The translations under genes and the position numbers were made by a program. Shown here piece after piece: positions 54,601 to 64,000 of a stretch of DNA of 64,000 nt. Every line of letters begins with the position of its first letter. Within the stretch, counting starts at the first letter, position 1. Source of the stretch: Anthoceros angustus (Eukaryota > Plantae > Anthocerotophyta). Below the pieces are notes generated by a model. That model was not told where the DNA came from. It was given only the letters and a program-made list of their open reading frames with translations, and ran no database searches. The stretch lies in NCBI GenBank assembly GCA_010909165.1, contig MU008162.1, positions 2,167,601 to 2,231,600 on the forward strand, written 5' to 3'.

Positions 54601-56200
54601 TCGTACTTAACGAGACCGTCAGTCGAAAAAGAGGGCAGGATCGGGCGGACGTGGTCAAAAAATGCCTTGCTTCAGATTATATTTGTGAATGGCTTGGTGA
54701 GTAGTACATATGGGAAGGTGAAAGTGAAGTTATCTACTAAAAGCTTTTCCTTTGCTCCATCCTTATGGATAAACATGTCATGTATGAAGATCATAATGAA
54801 GCTTATCTTGTTAGAGAATTTGGAGACTTTATATGTAGATATTTCAAAGTGTAGAGAATTTGGAGACTTTACATAGATATTTCAAAGTGCAAAGAATTTG
54901 GTATTGATATTTCAAAGTGTACATCAAGTCCCTTGCTGGAAGTTTAATGTTTGATATGGAGTAGGCCCGTAGGGCACTAACAACTCATGCGCATAAGGGC
55001 ATGATTTATAATCCAGGCCATGGAGCTAGGAATGGATGCCACCACTGCATCGATCCGTCCCAAGGGCGCTTTCAAGGCTGGAGTTCGATGAACTAAGTAC
55101 GCATGCCACTCCTTGAAGGGAGGACCACAAGAAGTATATCACCCATGAAGTCTCGCATGCCACTCCTTGAAGGGAGGACCACAAGAAGTATATCACCCAT
55201 GTGCCGCGTTGACCCCTAATTGACTGCTTTTCTAGGATCTTTTAATCGAATAAATCTGAAAATTACCCTACTAAGCTACACATATTTTCACTTCGATTAT
55301 TGAGGACCTCGTTGAATTCTTGAGTTATTGCGTTTAACTTTCCACGATCATGTCTCGTATCAGAGTGCACTCCTCCTTCTTGAGTCCATGCACACATGAC
55401 AACTATGCCACTATGACCTCCTCAAGCCCGCAATGAGTGTTCATCCTGCCGCTTATGGAGGAGGCCTTCCGATCCTTGACCGCAAACCTAATAGTACGTT
55501 CTAAGAAATTCCCAAAGGCCCCGAACGACTAGCGAGTTGGAAGGGCTAAACTACATCCCTATTTGGCCAGTCCGCCGAACGCCTTAGGGCAAGCGGAATC
55601 CCATCCCACAATGCGGCTTCACTGCGTTTGTATCCTAGTTCGGGTAACGGTGTGGCCACAGGTTACTACATGGGTGTTTCAAATTGGCATCGGGAGTAGT
55701 GGAACCGACGCCATGAGGATTTATGAAGGTGTCCGCGTGGCAACATCAGCAAAATCAAGGTCACCTTATCGCGGAGAAAAATCCAAGGTCACCTTGGTGA
55801 AGCAAAATCCAAGGTCACCTCAAGCAACAAAAATCCAAGGTCACCTTATGGGCTGCAAGACAAATCCAAGGTCACCTTTGCTGCAACACAAGCTCAAATT
55901 GGGCTTCAAGGGTCTTACTAGCCATTGGCAAGGTCATCCAAACCAGCAACAAAACCAACAAGTTTCTACACACCCAAGTTAAGATTTTGAGCGAGAAAAT
56001 AGGTTGGAGACCCAAGGAACAATGTTTCTTTTGCCTCTTCACAAATTAGATGCAATTGATAATTTGGGGCTGCAGCTTACTAGTATCTCCACGCCCAAAT
56101 TACTGTTGTGTTCATAAGCTAGAGTGAAAACTTGGATAAGTGTTCAAAATTCTTCGGATCTTGCTAATGCAATCAGAGAACTCCTTCTTGCTGCATCCTG

Positions 56201-56359
56201 TATGGCCTCGACCATCCCAAGTGGCTAGGCCCCTTCTCCGCCTAACACTCCATCATACGAAGGGAGAATTCTCACAGAGACGGCGACGGCCTATCCATGG
56301 ACCCCGAGACATTCGCCAAGAACAGGAGTTGGAGGTGATCCATGCTCGCGGCTATGCTG
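56201..56359 (+). pseudogene. LHCB: Lhcb fragment, array copy
   Basis: [23 protein letters not shown]. Confidence 0.9.
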
Positions 56360-56771
56360 TGGAGTGTGTATGGTGCGTGCGTGGCCGACACTACAAATCG
56401 GTCCAAATGCCCAAATGGATCGGAGCTTGGAACATCTCGGTTCTTCCTCATCTTCGATTTGAGGAATCCTCGTAGGGCGTTGACTTGAGACACCGAGATA
56501 GGACTTGCTCGGCACATTTGTAACTATTTATTTTACAAAGCGGAGTTTATCGAAAAAAGAGAGGCTATATATGTGGTATATGGGTTCGCTAATTATCGTA
56601 TTCAAAAGTAATCGTGTGATTACCATATAGATGTACTCTTCAAGGCTATAAGTCCAACCTTTTGATAGAGCTTGTTTGGTTGATCGGTGAATAATAATAA
56701 TCCAAGATAAAATCTTATTCTTAATCTCTCATTTGATTTACGAGGACAAAAGCCAATCCAAAGACAAAGTT

Positions 56772-57332
56772 ATGGGTCTTTTTGAATCTATTTGTAACCT
56801 CCCACTTGACTTACAAGAACAAATTATTATGAAGTATGTGAATAATGTCGAAGCATGGCAAAATTGGAAGTATGTTCCAAAAAATCACACTTTGCACATT
56901 AACATATGGGGATTTATGAATGGAGATCCAAATATGAAATCATGGCTTATCAAATATTATTATCACTTCCACATCTTGTGACATCCATTGTTCTCTATTG
57001 CCTCTATGAAGTCAACTTTAGACCCTACCATGATGAGATGCTAATTAGTAATAAAGTTTTAGTTGATGAAGATAGAGTCAAAGATATGGTTGAAAGTCTC
57101 AATGAGCTTTATGTATGGTCAAATCTCCCAAAAGTTCAAGACATTATCACCTTTGAAAAGGAAGTCACATATGAAGAATTTGTGTATCCACGTAGAATAA
57201 TGTTTCGTGGTCACATACAAGCAAGCATGCATGGAAAGGGACGATATATGCCCATTATAACTCTTGGACTAGGAATAATGAAATCTTGAATCACAATGCC
57301 CCCATGAAACCATTCCACAAGCTATGCCATGA
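56772..57332 (+). pseudogene. Diverged copy of unknown ORF
   Basis: ORF 56733..56981 gives MGLFESICNLPLDLQEQIIMKYVNNVEAWQNWKYVPK; the core continues at 56942. Confidence 0.45.
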
Positions 57333-59489
57333 AACTCAGATACTTCTTGCCTCAGCTGGCTCTAGAGTCCCGAGTCCTGGCGGCGTGTAGGCCATGGATA
57401 CAACAAATAAGTCCTATATATTTCAGAGCAATATTAATTCCAATGCTTGCTATGGAGAAGACACTCCTCGATTCCACTGGCCACTGATGTGGAGAAGATG
57501 TCGATTCCAAATTCGTGGAGAAGCAGATCGATTCCGGCCATCTCACTGTGAGAAGACACTTCGACTCTAGCCGTCACCGTGGTGGAAGACACTTCGACTC
57601 TAGTTGTCACGTGGAGAAGGCGCTTCTTGATAGAGTGCGCCATGGCCATGGATACGATAAATTAGTCCATTAACGCTCAGATCCGATCAAGCTTGGAGCC
57701 TCTACCGGGCCATGGATACTAAATTAGTCAAGTAATGTCTAGATGCGATCAAAGCTTGGAGCCTCTTCTTCTCCGCCATTCAATCTAAGTAATCTTTGTA
57801 AGGACATTCTCTTGAGAGACCGAGTAAGGACTTGTTGGGCACGCTTTGTAACTTTTTATTTTATAAAGCCTTAAATTTATTAAAACAAAAGAGGATATGT
57901 TGTAAATCGATAAGATAATTATTGCAATCGATGTGCATCCTTGTAGAATAATGCTTTATAGTCACGTATAAGCAAGATCGAAGGGACCATAAAAAATATT
58001 TCCAAGGTGAGGGCAATGGAGTCACCATCCAATAGTTTAAGCAAAGAATTTCAAGGCAACCACGAGAGTTACCATCAAATGGTCTAAGATAGTGTAAGAT
58101 TGGCTCAAGATAGCGAGATATTTCTAAGGCGAGGACGCGAAGTCACCATCAAATGTTTTAAGCAAAGAATTTCAGGCGAACCAAGGTAGATAGTTACCAT
58201 TAAATGATGGCTCAAGATAGTGAGACTTTAACGGAAGATCTTCCCACTTGACAGCCTCCCAATGCTACGAGTGGCTCAATGTCAGAAGAAAATATTAAAA
58301 CCAATACCTCAACCTTTGATACGTAACGAGAAGAAGAAAAGACACTTGTTTAACCCTTAAGACACAATCCTCATTTAGCTTAGGTCTCAAGCGATTGAGA
58401 AAATGTATTACTTCATTTACCCATTCGTGGTATTATGTGACTTCATGGCTCCCGCCCAAAAAAATTTGAGAAACGACATTTCATTTACCCATTGGTGGCA
58501 TCGTTGGACTTCATGGGTGACATCTCTCAACGTTCTATCTTTTTGTCTTTGCTTCTCATATCATTTTCCTTTTTGTAAATAGATAAGAATCATTTTACTT
58601 TGCTTTTGATACCACTTCGCTACAAAGCTTGGAAGAGGACATAGTAATATTAAAATATTCAATGAAACATATAGAATCAAGAAATTTATGTCTAATGCAT
58701 CAACATCTATTCATCGGGCATAAGTCTAGTATAGTCTGCTCATTGACCAAGTGTGGTCCTTGGTCCTATTTTAGATCGATTTACAGACCGTCTGGCCCCC
58801 GAAAAGAGAGGGGCGGCACCTGGGACGTGGTCAAAAAAATGCCTTGCGTATCATATTTGTGAATGGCACTCGTTAGTAGTACATATGGGAAGGTGAAAGT
58901 GAAGTTATCTACTAAAAGCTTTTCCTTTTGCTCCATCCTTATGGATAAACATGTCATGTATGAAGATCATACGAAGCTTATCTTGTTAGAGAATTTGGAC
59001 TTTATATGTAGATATTTCAAAGTGTAGAGGATTTGGAGACTTTATATAGATATTTCAAAGTGCAAAGAATTTGCATTGATATTTCAAAGTGTACATCAAG
59101 TCCCATCGGAAGTTTAATGTTTGATATGGAGTAGGCGTGAGGGCACTAACAATCGGGCGTGCGCATAAGGGCATGATTTATAATCCATGTGGCCATGGAG
59201 CTAGGAATGGATGCCACCCACCACAGTAATCGATCCGTCCAAGGACGCTTTCAAGACTGTGGAGTTCCGTGAACTGCATATGTGTGGAGTGTGAATTTGT
59301 GTCTAGGGACACCGTGAGGTCCACATTCACCCTCAATGTCGCTTGTAGGCTTAGGATTCGCTCCCAAGGGAATGGTTTGTGCCAAGAGACGCTAACTTCT
59401 ATCGCCATCGACCTTCACCTAAGTCGACTTACTCGCCATCACCCTCTTACCTATCTACTCAACTACTACTACCTCCCGACTTGTCTAAC

Positions 59490-59568
59490 CACCGATCTTA
59501 TTCCACAACCACGATCTTATTCCACGACCACAAATCTTATTCCACGACCGCAAATCTTATTCCACGAT
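59490..59568. repeat. 4 x 20-bp minisatellite ATCTTATTCCACGACC.C.. within the LTR-like insert
   Basis: Directly visible. Confidence 0.9.
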
Positions 59569-60273
59569 CGGTGGTTCTCACCACTACCGTAGTTGTTACT
59601 ACCGAGGTGGGTCCCACGCCAAACCCTAGCGATTTTATTTCCAAGACGGCCTGGATCTCGCCACGCGGCTACCATCGCAGATCGACTTTATTTGACTCCA
59701 CACTTCATGCACACACACACCGATTCCTAGGGACCAAAGTTCCACAAATCCTCAACCGCTCACACACACACAAAGGGCGCCACACTCACACAATTCCACA
59801 AGGAATGCTTTTCCTCTTGTGCACACTTCCACCAACAAGACCGCTTGATTTGGATCCACACAAATCTCCACCGTTAGTCTCTCAATTAGTTCTCCTTCTC
59901 AACTCCTCTTACACCGTGATCGCATGTTGTTCAATCACCCTTCACCCAATCTTCTCTCTCTCTCTCTCGCCTGTGCTTCCACCCACCACACACACACACT
60001 CTCTCAATTTCGAACACAACTGAACAAGGGTGAAGGAAAGAAGAACCCCAAGGCCACAAGAAAGGCGCGAGCAAGCTCCGCACCCGCCGCCGCCAATCCC
60101 TTGGTTTCCTCCTCCTTTGTCAAGATTGCTCTATCACCCCTCCCCCTTGCGGAGCAAGCTCTCGACCACCCCTAGGAGCGCCTCGCGACACCACCTCTCA
60201 CAATTGGACGCTCCAACCAGCCACAGCAGGGGATCTCAACCAGAGTTATCTCGATGTGAGGGGCACAACCAAG

Positions 60274-60283
60274 CCCCTTTATA
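60274..60283 (-). promoter_or_regulatory. Putative LTR TATA box (TATAAAGGGG)
   Basis: Plus-strand CCCCTTTATA lies inside the LTR-like insert, upstream (in minus sense) of a candidate polyA signal. Confidence 0.4.
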
Positions 60284-61272
60284 CAATTGTCAGCCATAGC
60301 CACCGACTTCTGTGTCCTAAAACGGCCGAACGCCAAGAGGCGCCCCTACAATTTTGGACGGCCTTAGGTCCGTGGATGGCATCCTATCCAAAGTTCTATT
60401 CCTAGGATGCCACTACTCCCCGCCCATGTTATCTCCGCACCCTCCGATTTGGTCGCTCGCCCTTCGCCCTTTGCTGAATTTATGGGTCCTCCTTCCTCGG
60501 TCGATCCGGAAAATCCTCCCATAAACTCTCCACTGCTTTTCCATGATCCCAAGTCCCAGCCTCCTCACCAATCCTCCACCTGACCCTCCAATGGTCCATA
60601 TTTGGCCATTGGGCCAAATTTCTGCAACCTTGGGCGCCATGCTCCGCAAAACCTCATCGCCTACAAATTGCTGATAACTCGCCTAATCTCCAACTTGGTC
60701 CCCTGTGGTTTCTTCCTTCCAGAATCGCGAGCTCCCCGCCGCCACTGTGGCCTCGCCTTTATGCCTGCAGCTCGTGCTCGCTGTGGATCGTCTGAGCTAC
60801 CCACGCTGCCAGGCTGCCTTTCCGAGTTCCCTTAGGGTTATATTTCCTAAACTCTACGACGCCAACCGGCTTCCGCTACCACTTCTTCTTCCGCGACCGC
60901 TCCTTCCTTCCACGACCGCCGGCCAACTGCCTTCAAACATAGTCCCAGACACCCCAACAACACCACACACCAGCTCAACTACCGGCTTGGTTCGACCTCT
61001 AGCCTACCGCCAAATATGGGGACCCTCCCACATATATAGACTTTCTATTAGATATTCCGAGACCAAAGGCCAAGGAGTATCGAGTTCATAGTCTAAGGAC
61101 CGATTATTATTCAACCCGTGAAACAACCCAAAACTCATAGGTCAAGGACACTTTCTAGTATAAATATCCCTTCCTACTCATAACCTAGCTCTTGACACCA
61201 AACTTAGCAGAAAAAAACAAAAATCACTCAAAGACAAAATCCAATAGGAGTTTCAAATCGTGATCGCTTACA

Positions 61273-62302
61273 AGATGCCACCTCCTTGGAAGGGAGGACC
61301 ACAAGTATATCACTCCATGAAGTCTCGCATGCCACTCCTTGAAGGAGGACCACAAGTATATCACCCATGAAGTCGCATGCCACTCCTTGAAGGAGGACCA
61401 CAAGAAGTATATCAACGGCGTCAAAGCGTTGACCCCTAATTGACGTGGCTTTTCTAGGATCTTTAATCGAATAAATCGAAAATTACCCTACTGTTTAGCA
61501 CACATATTTTCACTCATTATTGAGGACCTTGTTGGACCCTCTTGAGTTATTGCGCTTAACTTGCCCCCTGATCATGTCTCGTATCGGGAGCGCACCCTCC
61601 TCTTGAGTCCATGCACACATGACAACTATGCCACTATGAGCGTAAGCCTCGTGCAATGAGTGTTCATCCTCACGCCTCGCTTATGGAGGAGGCCTTCGAT
61701 CCGACCCGCAAACCTATTAATACGTTCTAAGAAATTCCCATAGGCCCCAACGATCACCGAGTTGGAAGGGGCTAAACTATACTATCATTTGGCCGCCAGC
61801 TCCACGAACGCAGGGTAACCAATCCCATCCCACAACATTGTGCTTACCTCGTTGTATCCCAGTCATGGTAACTATTGTGGCCACTGCTACACATGGGTGT
61901 TTCAAATTGGCATCGGAGTAGTGGAACCGAATTCTCGCCATGAGGATTTATGAAGGTGTCCTCGTATGGCAACATCAAAATCCAAGGTCACCACGCAAAG
62001 AAGAAAATCCAAGGTCACCTTGGTAAAGAAGAAAAGCCAAGGTCACCTTGGTGCAAGAAGAAAATCCAAGGTCACCTTGGTCACAGTGCAGAAAAATCCA
62101 AGGTCACTTTATCGCAGCAGCAAAATCCAAGGTCACCTTGTCGCAACACAAGCTCAAATTAGCTTCAAGGGTCTTACTAGCCATTGGCAAGAGTCATCCA
62201 AACCATCGCACGCAACAAAACCAACAAGTTTCTACCGCACCAAGTTAAGATTTTGAGCGTAAAATAGGTTGGAGACCCAAGGAACAATGTTTCTTTGCCT
62301 CT
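61273..62302 (+). repeat. Continuation of the 4.15-kb array after the LTR-like insertion (partial, more diverged unit)
   Basis: Resumes in register at the CATGCCACTCCTTGAAGG sub-repeat (3 copies here), passes the ATCCAAGGTCACC block and ends at TTTGCCTCT. Confidence 0.95.
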
Positions 62303-64000
62303 TGTGGACTACTTCCCTTGGGGGTTAGGAATAGGTAGGGTTTTGTTTTTTGTAGGAGTGAAGGATAAAATGAGGCTAAAAAGGGGGAAATAAGCCTGAT
62401 AGCACTGGACGCACTGAGTATACTCCGGACCGAGTGAGGAACGCATCGACCTACTATGGCAGGCGCCGGGTAACGGATAAGTCCGACCCACTCCAGTGAC
62501 CAAAGGTGATAAGTACGCCTGTGAAAGTAACTTAGAGTTGAGCCGTGAGGACTGACCAGGCGACGCCACGTGGGCTCGAGTGGAGGACGGCATGCACCGC
62601 CAGACTGTGAATTTGCCCATAGCAGGTATTCACGCCCGCGACCGCGCGCGGCGAAGGCCGTAGTACGCGCGAAGGCCGTAGCGGAGGCGAAGGTCGGTAT
62701 AAGCCATGCACCGCGCTACGGACAGGAAGAGGCGCCCCGCCGTTACTCAAGGCGGTCAAGGAAGGCGCCGCGCAGCCGAGACAATTTCGCGATCTCTTGC
62801 GCCCGCTCGGGCTCGGGCGTATCTCGTGGACGCCAGACATCCGCGCTGCTGCTCACCGCTGAGGTTGGAGCAACGAACGCGCGAAGAAGGCGCAACGTGC
62901 GCCGGTCTCCGGCAAGCGGCTACAAAGAACCAAGGAGGAGAAGGCGATGGCACCCAAAAGCTCGCGAAGTTTGGGAGCCATGGAACCTCGTGAGCGCAAC
63001 ATTGTGACTCGGCGCTATCCGGACTTTGGGCCCCGAGGAAGGTGAGAATTGCGGAGTGGCATTTGGATGTGTTCCATGGTCCGGACGCTCGCTGTCACCG
63101 TCCGGAGTTCGCCCGAAGATGCGGGCGGTCACAAGGAGGTGCGTCCAAGAACCTCCGGAGGACCCAAGGCGGCGATGGACCTTGAGGTCCCGAGGGCGCC
63201 TACAACCGCCCAAAGGAGGAAGAAGGGGAGGGGTGAGCCCCTCAAGGCGGCGGGGAAGATAGGGCCGCACACGCGATGCCGAGGCTCGACGCAGGACCAC
63301 CAACGGTTGGTCGATCCGACCCGCCGATGGGCCGAGTAAGGGCGGTAGCCCGATCATTGTCCATTGAACCCGCCACCAAGGTGGATCACCTTGGTGATAA
63401 TCACTGGTATTCCCGCATGCGCCGGGGGAAGAGGGCGGACTGGGAAGGATTATCTTCGCCTGCTGGGAGGCCCGCAAGCTCAGACCGAGAAGCCTCGCCA
63501 TCTGGGCCCCCCATACCTCGATCCATGTATGGGGCATTTCGAGCCCCTCAAGGAAGGGAGAGCTTGAGCGGCCCGGAAAGGACCTGAGGCCCGCAAGTGG
63601 AGCGGGCAAGGGCGCCGAGGGAGGAGGCCGATCGTCGAAGGCCAAACGGACCCGGAGGAGGACGATCGGGAGGGATTCCTGACCCATACGTCCGGAACGG
63701 ACCCCTCACCACCTGTGGAAGTATGGAAGAAATTCCCGCCTCCTCCCCGTGCCCCAACCAGCAAGGGCCCAAAGCAGAAGGCCCCGACCCCAAAGAAAAG
63801 CCCACCACCACACAACCATACCGAGGAGCCCCGACTGTGAGGGAGCCAAGAGACGTAAGACCACTTATTAACGGGCACCTCAGACGGTGCCAAGATTCTA
63901 CCCCGCCACCTGAGTGGCAAGAAGCTGAGGAAGTGCAAGGAGGGCAGAGGACGCCTGTGGAGCAGAGGACACCGCAAGAGCCTGACTGAGCCGGGTCCTG
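62303..64000 (+). mobile_element. Probable LTR retrotransposon 5' end (LTR plus start of gag-like region), truncated by the window edge
   Basis: The array stops abruptly at TTTGCCTCT and new GC-rich DNA starts TGTGGACTAC. There is TATAAG at ~62698 and a possible LTR end CAACA at ~63001. ATGGTCCGGACG at 63076 (MVRT, then SLSPSGVRPKMRAVTRR after a 1-nt shift) resembles basic low-complexity Gypsy gag starts. No conserved gag/pol domain is visible. Confidence 0.45.

Larger units (their letters stand above)
1..59274 (+). repeat. Macrosatellite / tandem array of a ~4.15-kb chimeric unit (~12 units with internal partial duplications)
   Basis: The same marker recurs at 1, 4181, 8362 and 12502. The ATGGCTTATCAAAT marker occurs at 1424, 5594, 9821, 15337, 19474, 25724, 29851, 35539, 39686, 41356, 42981, 47130, 51280 and 56942. 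Spacing is 4127-4227 bp where no internal duplication intervenes. All copies are in the same orientation. Confidence 0.98.
59275..61272 (-). mobile_element. LTR-like insertion (probable solo LTR of a plant LTR retrotransposon)
   Basis: Non-array DNA with the array resuming in register on both sides. On the minus strand it begins TGTAAGCGATCACG and ends ...TGCA (TG...CA termini). It has TATAAAGGGG (60274-60283), GA/GT-rich tracts and AATAAA (59687-59692). No credible ORF. No clear TSD. Confidence 0.6.

Noticed and set aside
1-59274. rDNA, 5S, snRNA or histone tandem gene array
   Set aside because: No recognisable rRNA, tRNA, snRNA or histone sequence in the unit.
59379-60023. 214-aa ORF and other ORFs in the LTR-like insert; 255-aa minus-strand ORF 62920..63687
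   Set aside because: Low-complexity translations of microsatellite, minisatellite or GC-rich DNA with no recognisable domain.
63002-63020. tRNA-Arg primer-binding site (TGGCGACTCCGCTGGGGA-like)
   Set aside because: Only TGTGACTC resembles it, which is too short to call.

Overview
Almost the whole window (1-59274 and 61273-62302) is a head-to-tail tandem array of a ~4.15-kb unit, about 12 units plus a partial 13th. The array is interrupted by 11 internal junctions that read as 0.37-1.6 kb tandem duplications at short homologies. The DNA is probably green-plant nuclear heterochromatin. Every unit carries a ~155-bp captured fragment of a major light-harvesting chlorophyll a/b-binding gene (Lhcb1/Lhcb2/LhcbM type: [48 protein letters not shown]). 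Every unit also carries an AT-rich, intronless ~187-codon ORF of unknown function with an F-box-like N-terminal motif. The ORF track splits this ORF, but its interruptions sit at CG sites or homopolymers. The unit also holds two diverged paralogous modules and several iterated palindromic sub-repeats. Copy-to-copy differences cluster at CG/CHG sites as small indels, which resembles long-read basecalling error on methylated DNA, so many frameshifts and stops may be artefactual. Near the right end a ~2-kb LTR-like segment (minus strand) is inserted in the array, and a second LTR-retrotransposon-like element starts at 62303 and runs off the window. I found no intact housekeeping gene, RNA gene or CRISPR array. 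All alignments were done by eye.
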